A DNA stretch of 64,000 bases from Thermodesulfobacteriota bacterium (GTDB taxonomy: Bacteria > Desulfobacterota_D > UBA1144 > Nemesobacterales > UBA2774), in contig BQJP01000007.1 of NCBI GenBank assembly GCA_021604765.1, positions 26,691-90,690 of the forward strand. Reading direction: 5' to 3'. Positions within the stretch are counted from its first letter, which is position 1, and each line of letters begins with the position of its first letter. The notes under the pieces are model-generated. The model did not search any database and was not told the origin of the DNA. It was given only the letters and a program-made list of their open reading frames with translations. This document shows, piece after piece, positions 18,028-27,027 of the stretch. The position numbers and the translations under genes are program-made.

Positions 18028-19077
18028 TTGACCATAAGAGAGCAGCTTGAAGAAATCGAAAAAGAGACACTGTCTCCATATGCCTCACTCAGTGCAGAGA
18101 CAAAAGGGAGAATGAAGCCTGAGGAGAAGTGCAGCATTCGTACGGACTTTCAGAGAGACAGAGACAGAGTTATACATTCAAAATCTTTTAGAAGAATGAA
18201 ACATAAAACCCAAGTGTTTCTAGCGCCTACAGATGATCATTATCGAACAAGACTTACGCACGTAATTGAAGTTGCTCAAATCGCGAGGACAATTTCTAAA
18301 GCACTTAGATTAAACGAGGACTTGACCGAAGCGATAGCACTGGGTCATGATCTAGGGCATACGCCATTTGGACATGCCGGTGAAGCAATGCTAAATGAGA
18401 TATTCCCTGAGGGTTTTAAACACGTAATACATAGCCTGAGAGTAGTAGATATTCTTGAGAAAGGTGGAGAGGGGCTAAACCTTACTTACGAAGTCAGGGA
18501 CGGCATATCTAAACACTCAAAAGGCATGGGAGCAATAGATAATCCCAAGTACAGACCTGAGACAATGGAAGGCCAGGTTGTAAGAATCTCAGATTTAGTA
18601 GCTTACGCCAATCATGATTTAGATGACGCAATAAGATCAGGGATTATTACGATTGAGGACGTTCCAAGTGACTGTACAAAAATACTTGGAAGAACCAATT
18701 CTGAACGCATAAATAAAATGGTTACAGATATAATTCTTGAGACAAAGAATCTTGATGATAATAGAGTGATTGCTAGTCCTGAAGTTGAACAGGCAATGCT
18801 CGAGTTAAGAAGCTATCTCTTTAACACGGTTTACATGAACGAAAAGATTAAAATCAACTTCGATAAAGCAAAAAAAGTAATAAAAGAGCTTTATGAGTAT
18901 TTCTGTGAGAATCAAGATGAATTTAAAATTATATATCCTAGAGAACCCAGAGAAGGTGAAACTGTAGAGCGGGCTGTATGCGATTTCATTGCCTCAATGA
19001 CAGACTCATACGCAATTACTCTTTATGAAAAGATATTTTTACCCAAAAAATGGCATGGTGATATAAGCGCATTTTAA
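18028..19077 (+). CDS. dgt: dGTP triphosphohydrolase-like HD-domain protein
   Basis: [28 protein letters not shown] and [12 protein letters not shown] motifs. TTG start with a GGAG 7 nt upstream. Confidence 0.85.
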   Translation: MTIREQLEEIEKETLSPYASLSAETKGRMKPEEKCSIRTDFQRDRDRVIHSKSFRRMKHKTQVFLAPTDDHYRTRLTHVIEVAQIARTISKALRLNEDLTEAIALGHDLGHTPFGHAGEAMLNEIFPEGFKHVIHSLRVVDILEKGGEGLNLTYEVRDGISKHSKGMGAIDNPKYRPETMEGQVVRISDLVAYANHDLDDAIRSGIITIEDVPSDCTKILGRTNSERINKMVTDIILETKNLDDNRVIASPEVEQAMLELRSYLFNTVYMNEKIKINFDKAKKVIKELYEYFCENQDEFKIIYPREPREGETVERAVCDFIASMTDSYAITLYEKIFLPKKWHGDISAF

Positions 19078-19165
19078 GAATATTAATTTCAGGTAACCTA
19101 TATCCTTTCAAAAATATCCCATATTCAAAATTTAAAGACTTTAACTTGTTTTAAGACTTCTTTGT

Positions 19166-19978
19166 TTGGTGAAAAAATTGATAAAACTGGGTTCAGTATC
19201 GTTTATAAACGCAAAGCCTTTAACATACGCGATCGAGAATAATCTAGTAGATCACGAGTTTGATCTAATACAGACTCCTCCGTCAGAATTATCTCAGAAG
19301 CTTCATAATAAAGAAATAGACATTGGCTTGATTCCTGTTGCTGAGGTTCTAAACAGAAAGGAATACACAATAGTCCCTGACATCTCCATCTCCTCAATTG
19401 GCAAAGTGGACAGTGTTATTATTCTTGCTAAGTCGGATATAAAAGAGATAAAAACAATTGCAGTCGACAAGCGCTCTCAAAGCTCAACAGGCCTGCTTAG
19501 AATAGTGTTTGAAAAGTTCTTAAGCATAAAACCCAATTATATTGCCAGGGATATAGATAAAACGGATATGCTGGATGGGGTAGATGGAGCTATGTTGATT
19601 GGCGACTCCGGATTAAGGCAGTGTTATTCAGATGAAAATTCATATAAAGTTTATGACTTAGGGGAAATGTGGACAGAGGAGACTGGACTTCCTTTTGTGT
19701 ATGCGGTTTTTGCAGTAAACCAAAATGTTATACTAGGACACAATTTGCATGCGCTTATAGAATCAAAAAAATATGGTTTGGGCATTGCAAATAAAATTGC
19801 AGAAATAGAATCAACAAAACTTGGTATAGATTATGAAATCTGCTTTAAATACTTAACGGAAAGAATTAAATATGGGCTTGGTGATGAGGAGATTAAAGGG
19901 ATGATCAGATACAGCGAACTACTCTCAGAATTGGGCCAAGCGGAAAAGATATCATCTCTAAAATTGTATCACGAATAG
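19166..19978 (+). CDS. mqnA: Chorismate dehydratase MqnA (futalosine pathway, VitK2_biosynth family)
   Basis: The N-terminus KLGSVSFINAKPLTYAI and ..IDIGLIPVAE.. match the MqnA pattern. About 270 aa. Confidence 0.65.
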   Translation: MVKKLIKLGSVSFINAKPLTYAIENNLVDHEFDLIQTPPSELSQKLHNKEIDIGLIPVAEVLNRKEYTIVPDISISSIGKVDSVIILAKSDIKEIKTIAVDKRSQSSTGLLRIVFEKFLSIKPNYIARDIDKTDMLDGVDGAMLIGDSGLRQCYSDENSYKVYDLGEMWTEETGLPFVYAVFAVNQNVILGHNLHALIESKKYGLGIANKIAEIESTKLGIDYEICFKYLTERIKYGLGDEEIKGMIRYSELLSELGQAEKISSLKLYHE

Positions 19979-19998
19979 AAAAACAAGGAGAAATTTCA

Positions 19999-20835
19999 AT
20001 GTCAGAAAAAATTCAAATGAAACTCGGACACAGCCCGGATGCGGACGATGCTTTTATGTTTTATGCAATAGCTAAAGAGATAGTTACATCAGACAAGATA
20101 GAATTCATCCAGGTAGTGGAAGATATTCAGTCACTAAACAAGCGCGCACTCAACAAAGAGCTTGAGGTAACAGCTATCTCTGCGCATGGTTATCTTAAAG
20201 TTCAGGATGACTATAGAATAATGTCTTGCGGCGCAAGCATGGGAGAGGGATATGGACCGATTGTAGTTTCTAAAGAGCCGATTCAGACTTTAGAAGGAAA
20301 GAAAATCGGAGTTCCCGGAATGCTGACATCAGCATATTTACAGCTATGTATTTATGCAGATGGCTTCATACCCGTTGAAATGGAATTTGATGAGATAATG
20401 CCCGCTGTACAAAATGGGGAAATCGAAACCGGTCTTTTAATTCACGAGGGGCAGCTTACTTATAAAGACGCCGGGCTTGAGCTGTTTTTTGATATTGGTG
20501 AGCTCTGGGCACAGGAAACTTCACTGCCGCTTCCCCTGGGGCTCAACGTAGTAAAAAGAGATATTGGTGAGGAGCTTCAGAAAGAGTGTCACAGAGTGCA
20601 TAAGGAAAGTATCGTATATTCGCTCAACCATAAAGACGAAGGGCTTGATTACGCCATGGAATGGGGGCGCGGGATGAAAAAAGATGTCGGTGAAAAGTTC
20701 GTGCTAATGTATGTAAATGACTACACAGTTGAATTAGGAGAAGAAGGCAAAGCCGCTCTTGAGTATATGTTTAACAAAGCTCATGAGAAAGGAATTATTA
20801 CTGAGAAACCAAAGCTCGATGTATTGGAAGGATAA
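19999..20835 (+). CDS. mqnD: MqnD-like protein (1,4-dihydroxy-6-naphthoate synthase family)
   Basis: The N-terminus MKLGHSPDADDAFMFYAI parallels the MqnD motif SPCPNDTFxFxAL, although CPND is replaced by DADD. It is the same fold family as the adjacent mqnA. Confidence 0.5.
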   Translation: MSEKIQMKLGHSPDADDAFMFYAIAKEIVTSDKIEFIQVVEDIQSLNKRALNKELEVTAISAHGYLKVQDDYRIMSCGASMGEGYGPIVVSKEPIQTLEGKKIGVPGMLTSAYLQLCIYADGFIPVEMEFDEIMPAVQNGEIETGLLIHEGQLTYKDAGLELFFDIGELWAQETSLPLPLGLNVVKRDIGEELQKECHRVHKESIVYSLNHKDEGLDYAMEWGRGMKKDVGEKFVLMYVNDYTVELGEEGKAALEYMFNKAHEKGIITEKPKLDVLEG

Positions 20836-20861
20836 ATTCTCCATAAGACAGTAAAAGTATC

Positions 20862-22295
20862 ATGGCAAAAGAATACGGTTATCTAGTAAATGGTCAGTGG
20901 CTGAAAAGTGAAAATAAAAGGGAGATTTTAAATCCTTTTAATAATGAAGTTGTCGGCGTTATAAATATTCCAGATCTTGAAAAAGCAAAGGAATGCGTGG
21001 ACTTTGCACAAAAGGCTGCTGAGAAATTCAAAGAAGTACCGAGTTATGAAAGAAGCGCAATTCTAAAGCGGATAGCAGATGGTATAGATGAAAGAAAAGA
21101 AGAATTTGCCAAAACACTAGTAAGAGAGTGCGGTAAACCTCTTAAAACCGCAAGACTTGAAGTTGAACGCGCCAAAACTTCATTCTCAGTTGCAGCCGAA
21201 GAGGCTAACAGATTCTCAGGCGGTGAATTGCTTCCGCTTGATATTATCCCGGGGAGCGAAAAAAGATTTGGCATCTCGCGCCGTTTTCCTTTAGGTGTAG
21301 TGATGGGGATATCGCCGTTTAATTTCCCACTCAACCTGGTAGCCCATAAAGTCGCACCAGCTATTGCTTCAGCAAATGCTTTAATACTCAAACCCGCTTC
21401 ACAAACCCCTATCTCAGCATTAATGCTCGGAGAGGTAGCAATCAAAGCTGGCCTCCCAGAAGGACTTTTAAATATACTTCCCCTACCCGGCGGAGCGATT
21501 GAGCCAGTGGCTGAAGATCCACGAATTAAAAAAATATCCTTTACAGGAAGTGACGTCGTCGGCTGGGAATTGATGAGCAAGCATCCGAAAAAGAAAGTAA
21601 CTCTAGAACTGGGCGGTAACGCCGCAGTAATAATAGACGAGGACCCGCCTGACTTTGATTTTGCAGCGAGCAGGAACGCCTGGGGAGCATTTTATCAAGC
21701 CGGTCAAAGCTGTATATCTGTTCAGAGAATGTATGTTCATGAGAAAATATTTGACAAATTTCTTGCAAAATTTATAGAAGAAACAAAGAAATTAAAACTT
21801 GGCGATCCGATGCTTGAAGACACGGACCTTGGCCCTGTTATAGACGATCATTCAGCCGACAGAATTATGAAATGGGTTCATGAAGCAATTGAGAAAGGGG
21901 CTGAACTATTAACTGGCGGAGGCCGGGATGGGAAATTAATTGAGCCGACAGTCTTAAGTAATGTTACACCAGATTCAAATGTAAGCTGTAGTGAAGTTTT
22001 CGGACCTGTAGTTCAAATAGAACCCTATAAAGATTTTGATGTTGCGATTGAGCAAGTTAATAATAGTCGTTATGGGCTTCAAGCCGGCGTATTTACAAAA
22101 GACATGAAAAAAGCATTTAAAGCTTATAATGCGATAGAAGCCGGTGGTGTAGTGATTAATGACTGCCCGAGTTTCAGGGTAGAAAACATGCCGTATGGCG
22201 GGATTAAGGATTCTGGAGTAGGAAGAGAAGGCATAAAGTACGCTATTGAAGATATGACTGAATTAAAACTTATGGTTATAAATCTGGATTACTAA
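20862..22295 (+). CDS. NAD(P)-dependent aldehyde dehydrogenase (non-phosphorylating GapN / lactaldehyde dehydrogenase-like)
   Basis: The ALDH glutamate motif LELGGNAAVII and the catalytic-Cys motif GQSCISVQR. 477 aa. Confidence 0.88.
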   Translation: MAKEYGYLVNGQWLKSENKREILNPFNNEVVGVINIPDLEKAKECVDFAQKAAEKFKEVPSYERSAILKRIADGIDERKEEFAKTLVRECGKPLKTARLEVERAKTSFSVAAEEANRFSGGELLPLDIIPGSEKRFGISRRFPLGVVMGISPFNFPLNLVAHKVAPAIASANALILKPASQTPISALMLGEVAIKAGLPEGLLNILPLPGGAIEPVAEDPRIKKISFTGSDVVGWELMSKHPKKKVTLELGGNAAVIIDEDPPDFDFAASRNAWGAFYQAGQSCISVQRMYVHEKIFDKFLAKFIEETKKLKLGDPMLEDTDLGPVIDDHSADRIMKWVHEAIEKGAELLTGGGRDGKLIEPTVLSNVTPDSNVSCSEVFGPVVQIEPYKDFDVAIEQVNNSRYGLQAGVFTKDMKKAFKAYNAIEAGGVVINDCPSFRVENMPYGGIKDSGVGREGIKYAIEDMTELKLMVINLDY

Positions 22296-22297
22296 GT

Positions 22298-22957
22298 TCA
22301 AGCACTTTCAATTATTTTCTGAATTAAACCCAATCTTTTAAGTTCTCGATATGTCTTAGTATCACTTTGTTGTGAAACCAACTCTTTTAAATCTTCCGGG
22401 CGATCAATATCAAGCCCTATCCTTGAGTTTTGGTAACTTTCGTAGGGAATACTATTTTTATCAGCCTCATCTTTATGTTTATTGAAGCTATCATCTCCGA
22501 ACATGGATGGAATCGCATCTGGAGGATTTCTTAGGATTGCATTGGTGCCAAATTCATCCCTTGCAGGGATAAAGGTGATCGAAGGAGTGCCCTTCTCTTT
22601 TTCTAAAACAAAATCTATATCTTCTGAAGTTATGAGCGGGGCATCTCCAGGAATAACAAGCACTGATGTGGCTCCCATATCTTTAGCTATTTGAGAAGCA
22701 TAGTCGACTGATGCACTCTCTCCATTTTGCTCGGTTTCCAAAATAACTTCAATTCCCATAGACTTAGCTATCTCTATAGCTTTGGTATCAAGCGTTACGA
22801 TAAATTTACGGTCCGCAAGCTTAGATCCTTTAAGCGCTGAAAGAACATCTTCAAGCATTACATACGCAAGCTCTGTCCTTATGCTTTGAGGAAGCAGCGA
22901 AGATAGTCTTTCTTTAGCTTTGGATAAATCTTTTACAGGGACTATTACAAATTTCAT
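22298..22957 (-). CDS. cofC: CofC/FbiD-like guanylyltransferase (F420 biosynthesis family)
   Basis: MKFVIVPVKDLSKAKERLS.., ..VLVIPGDAPL.., ..FGTNA.. and ..DIDRPEDL. ATG at 22957 with an AGGA 5 nt upstream. Confidence 0.65.
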   Translation of the reverse strand: MKFVIVPVKDLSKAKERLSSLLPQSIRTELAYVMLEDVLSALKGSKLADRKFIVTLDTKAIEIAKSMGIEVILETEQNGESASVDYASQIAKDMGATSVLVIPGDAPLITSEDIDFVLEKEKGTPSITFIPARDEFGTNAILRNPPDAIPSMFGDDSFNKHKDEADKNSIPYESYQNSRIGLDIDRPEDLKELVSQQSDTKTYRELKRLGLIQKIIESA

Positions 22958-23132
22958 TTTGATCCTAAACAAGGCTATATAGATTTTCTTTCTTGGAACA
23001 TTGTGAGCTTAGAAAGAACGATAGGATACCTAACTTTTATTCATAAGCCCAAAGTAATTATAAAGTGTTGAATCTAAATTAATCACTACTATTGGATTAG
23101 ATTATGTATCACAAGTTATACTAAGTCATCAA

Positions 23133-25988
23133 ATGTCTAATTTGCACAAAAACTCTATTGACTCTGACTTCATAAAATCCCTAAAAAATGCTGTGGACGG
23201 AGAGGTGCATTTTGACGAAATAACGAGAACTCTCTACAGCACAGATGCGAGCAATTATCAAATCGACCCTGTTGGAGTAGTCGTTCCAAAAAATGATTAT
23301 GATGTAGCTAAAACTATTGAGTTAGCATCCAAATATGGGGTGGCAATACTACCCAGGGGAAGCGGGTCTAGTCTGGCAGGCCAGGCAGTTGGTGAAGCAC
23401 TAATTGTCGATTTGTCTAAATACCTGAATCAAATTTTAGAAATTAATCCCGCAGATAAAACGGTGCGGGTTCAGTCGGGGATGTTCCTTGAACAGCTCAA
23501 TCGAGAATTGAAGCAATATGAGCTAATGTTTGGCCCTGACCCCTCGTCTGCCAGAATAGCAACAATTGGTGGAGTAGTTGGAAATAATGCAACGGGGGCA
23601 CACTCAATTCTATATGGGATGGCGGGAGATAATGTAGAAGCCTGTAAGTTATATATTAATCAAGGGAAGTTATTAGAGCTTAACAAATGCAATATTGGAA
23701 ACGACCTCTACCAGCAACTTATTAAATTAAGAGAACAATATTCTGACTTAATTAAAAGTGATTTCCCCAAACATTGGAGACGGGCATCTGGCTACAGTCT
23801 TAACTATTTCTTAGAAAACTCCTTTAACCCGGCAAAACTCTTAGCAGGCGCAGAAGGCACTCTGGGTTTGGCAACGGAATTTACTCTCAAGTTAGTTGAT
23901 AGACCGACACACACAGGACTTGCGATTCTTCAGTTTAATTCCATGGCCCAAGCTATGGAATCGGTCCCTTCTGTCCTAAAAAATGACCCTTCAGCAATAG
24001 AGCTTATAAATAAGTATCTGATTGATCTTACTCGAGCGAATCCTTCATTCTCCAAGATGCTTACTTTTATAGACGGAGACCCTGAAGCAATCTTAGTTGT
24101 GGAATTCTATGGTAATACTGAATCGGAAGTGAATAAAAAAGCCAGGAATCTGAGTTCATATCTAAATACTAAAAATATTAAGTGTCAAACAACTTATGCT
24201 CTCTCACCTCAAGCACAAAAAAATGTATGGGAAGTGAGGCGAGCTGGCCTTGGGCTTCTTATGAGCAAGAGAAGTGAATTTAAACCCATACCATGCATTG
24301 AAGATGTTTCGGTACCGGTCGACCAACTTCCAAATTATGTAGAAGATATTAGCGATTTGTTAAAACGTTTAGATACAAATGCCGGTTTCTACGGTCACGC
24401 AAGCGCAGGGTGTTTGCATATCAGGCCTCTGGTCAACTTAAAATCCGAAAACGGTATTCGCATAATGGGAGAGCTGACTGAAGAAGCTTTTAAGTTAGCT
24501 CTAAAATATGGTGGGATTATGAGTGGTGAGCACGGGGACGGTCTTCAAAGGGGCTATCTGAATGAACGGCTTTTTGGTAAAGAGTTGTATCAGGTAATGA
24601 AAGAACTCAAATCCATATTTGACCCTGAAGGTATTTTTAATCCGGGCAAGGTTGTGGACGTTCCATCTCCTAAAGAGAATCTACGTTTTGGAGAATCCTA
24701 TCAACCTCAAGTGCTCCAAACATACCTAGACTGGTCTTCAGATAATGGATTTACGGGTGCGGTTGAGATGTGCAGCGGTCAGGGTGTGTGCCGTAAGCTG
24801 GGAGAAGGAATTATGTGTCCTTCTTACATAGCAACAAAGAATGAAAGAGATACGACGAGAGCCCGAGCTAATATCTTAAGAGCAATCGTATCAGGAACTC
24901 TGCCGCCAGAGACTATGAATAGCAAAGAGATATATGAAGTCTTTGATCTATGTCTTTCATGCAAGGCTTGTAAAAGCGAGTGCCCCTCAAGCGTGGACGC
25001 CGCCAAGATGAAGCTTGAATTTCTAGGTCAATATCATAACGAGCATGGATTCTCCATGCGTGATAAGTTGTTTGGATATGTACATGAAATGAGTAGGTAT
25101 ACATCTGCCATACCTTCGATATCAAATCTTGCTCTTAATAACACCGTTTCCAAAGAAATCCTATCCAAAATAGGGATTCACAAGGAGAGATCGTTACCAA
25201 AACTGGCAAATAAAGACTTTATAAGTTGGTTTAACAATTATATGCAACCTACTGCAAAGAAATCAACAAACAAAGTTGTTTACTTTCATGACACATGGGC
25301 TACATATTATCACCCCGAAATTGGTAAGGCTGCAGTAAAAATACTCGAGGCCGCAGGTTTTGAGGTGACATTAGTTGAAAATCGAGTTTGCTGTGGTCGT
25401 CCAATGTTAAGCAAAGGGATGATTGAGCCTGCCAGGGAAAGCGCTTTTAAGAACGTATCTACCCTTGCTCAATATGCTTTGGAAGGTATTCCGATTGTCG
25501 GAACAGAGCCTAGCTGCATACTAACTTTTAGAGATGAGTATCTCGACCTTCTGGCAAATAATGAGGATGCCCGTGTTCTTTCTGAAAATTCATATGTGCT
25601 TGATGAATTTTTATTAAAACTGCACAAGTCCGATAAGCTCAATATAGATTGGAAAAAGAGCGGGCCTGATGTTTTTTATCATGGGCACTGCCATCAAAGA
25701 TCTTTAATTGGCAATACCTCAGCTCTTGAGATTCTCTCACTCTCGGGATGCAATGTCAGTGAAAGCGGTGCGGGCTGTTGTGGAATGGCGGGCAGCTTTG
25801 GTTATGAAAGTGAGCATTATGAAGTTTCTAAAACTATCGCTGAAGACAGATTATTGCCCGCAATAAGAAAAACATCCCCTGAGACAATAATTGCTATATC
25901 AGGTGTTTCATGCCATCACCAGATTGAACACTTATCAGAAAATACAACAAAACACATAGCCGAAGTTCTAGCTGATCAAGTAGGATAG
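23133..25988 (+). CDS. FAD-linked oxidase fused to 4Fe-4S and CCG domains (GlcD-GlcF fusion, YdiJ-like 2-hydroxyacid dehydrogenase)
   Basis: N-terminal FAD_binding_4-type PRGSGSSLAGQAVG, central CLSCKACKSECPS, and C-terminal CCG motifs (VCCGRP, GCCGMAGSFG). 951 aa. Confidence 0.85.
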   Translation: MSNLHKNSIDSDFIKSLKNAVDGEVHFDEITRTLYSTDASNYQIDPVGVVVPKNDYDVAKTIELASKYGVAILPRGSGSSLAGQAVGEALIVDLSKYLNQILEINPADKTVRVQSGMFLEQLNRELKQYELMFGPDPSSARIATIGGVVGNNATGAHSILYGMAGDNVEACKLYINQGKLLELNKCNIGNDLYQQLIKLREQYSDLIKSDFPKHWRRASGYSLNYFLENSFNPAKLLAGAEGTLGLATEFTLKLVDRPTHTGLAILQFNSMAQAMESVPSVLKNDPSAIELINKYLIDLTRANPSFSKMLTFIDGDPEAILVVEFYGNTESEVNKKARNLSSYLNTKNIKCQTTYALSPQAQKNVWEVRRAGLGLLMSKRSEFKPIPCIEDVSVPVDQLPNYVEDISDLLKRLDTNAGFYGHASAGCLHIRPLVNLKSENGIRIMGELTEEAFKLALKYGGIMSGEHGDGLQRGYLNERLFGKELYQVMKELKSIFDPEGIFNPGKVVDVPSPKENLRFGESYQPQVLQTYLDWSSDNGFTGAVEMCSGQGVCRKLGEGIMCPSYIATKNERDTTRARANILRAIVSGTLPPETMNSKEIYEVFDLCLSCKACKSECPSSVDAAKMKLEFLGQYHNEHGFSMRDKLFGYVHEMSRYTSAIPSISNLALNNTVSKEILSKIGIHKERSLPKLANKDFISWFNNYMQPTAKKSTNKVVYFHDTWATYYHPEIGKAAVKILEAAGFEVTLVENRVCCGRPMLSKGMIEPARESAFKNVSTLAQYALEGIPIVGTEPSCILTFRDEYLDLLANNEDARVLSENSYVLDEFLLKLHKSDKLNIDWKKSGPDVFYHGHCHQRSLIGNTSALEILSLSGCNVSESGAGCCGMAGSFGYESEHYEVSKTIAEDRLLPAIRKTSPETIIAISGVSCHHQIEHLSENTTKHIAEVLADQVG

Positions 25989-27026
25989 TTTTTCTATAAA
26001 GTCTCTCAAAAACTTAACGAGTTTTATAAACTCTTGCGGAGTTTTTTCAGGCTGTCTTAGTCTTCGGTTAATCTCAAGCTGGATTGACGGAACTCCAAGC
26101 TCTCTTGCGGCATACTTGGTTACAGTCATCTGTTTTGCAGCAGGAAATATATCTAAACCCCCAACTGATATATCGTTTAGTGCAGCCTCACTCTCAAGCC
26201 CATCCATAAAATTATCATTACTTAACAAAAACTCTTTACTGATTCCTACTCCTGGATAAATGTCATGCTCCCTTTCTGAACCCGTACCATGCAGGTCAAT
26301 AAGAAATTTAATCTCATTTGTTTTTACTATCTCAGTTAATTTAGCTTTATAAGGAGAATCGTCATTATAGTTAGGGTCTGATTTCATGAGTCTATTTGTA
26401 TAAAGCGTATGACAGCCAGTTAGCGCGTGCATCAATACTGACAAGGCACCGGTATAAAACTCTTGTCTTTTTAACTTGCCCATCCTTTCATGGACAGAGG
26501 CATGGGGAGCGCTGACTAGTATGGGTAAGTCCCCCCTGATATAAACAGATCCTTCAGCATTCGGTGAAATAGCCTCTCTGTATAGATATTTCTGTCGGTC
26601 TTCAAAATTTAGTGCGAAAGAAATCGGATCGTGAAATGAAAGCGAGGAAAATCTTCTCCAATTCCCTTCCGTAATCTTATTTTGTGGGACTTTACAATCT
26701 TGTAGAAGTGAACCTGCTCCATAAGAATAGAAATCTATCTCCCTATGATTCAAAGGCACTCTTTTAAATAAGGATGTATCTACTGATTCGACTTCATCTA
26801 ACTCTTTTAATTTATTACTTGGGTTACCCATAATGTAGAGTTCTCCACACACGGTTTGCTGAGACTTTTCATCAAATACTGCGGCTGGATAGCCTCTAGC
26901 AGTGTCATAGAGAATTCCAGGTACTTCTAAGACATTTAGAAGTTTGCAATCGCTCATAAGTCGGCTTCTGAACTCACCTTGTAGGAGTGTTCCATAGACA
27001 AAGACTTTATTTATCTTCTGAGGCAT
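25968..27026 (-). CDS. Fusion protein: gamma-glutamylcyclotransferase-like (AIG2/GGACT) N-domain plus N-formylglutamate-amidohydrolase-like (FGase) C-domain
   Basis: N-domain: VFVYGTLLQGE...CGELY. C-domain: LVSAPHAS, SDPNYN and FLIDLHGTG, which resemble the FGase-family HxG / DxN / DxH pattern. The ATG at 27026 lies 1 nt after the upstream stop codon. Confidence 0.6.
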   Translation of the reverse strand: MPQKINKVFVYGTLLQGEFRSRLMSDCKLLNVLEVPGILYDTARGYPAAVFDEKSQQTVCGELYIMGNPSNKLKELDEVESVDTSLFKRVPLNHREIDFYSYGAGSLLQDCKVPQNKITEGNWRRFSSLSFHDPISFALNFEDRQKYLYREAISPNAEGSVYIRGDLPILVSAPHASVHERMGKLKRQEFYTGALSVLMHALTGCHTLYTNRLMKSDPNYNDDSPYKAKLTEIVKTNEIKFLIDLHGTGSEREHDIYPGVGISKEFLLSNDNFMDGLESEAALNDISVGGLDIFPAAKQMTVTKYAARELGVPSIQLEINRRLRQPEKTPQEFIKLVKFLRDFIEKLSYLIS

Positions 27027-27027
27027 G

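Noticed and set aside
21044-21580. 178-aa minus-strand ORF inside the aldehyde dehydrogenase gene.
   Set aside because: It is antisense to a CDS carrying canonical ALDH motifs. It is S/P/A-rich with no features of its own.
22980-23010. Inverted repeat TTCTTTCT ... AGAAAGAA in the cofC / oxidase divergent spacer.
   Set aside because: The arms are homopurine/homopyrimidine and low-complexity, with a 17-nt loop. This is likely a chance occurrence.
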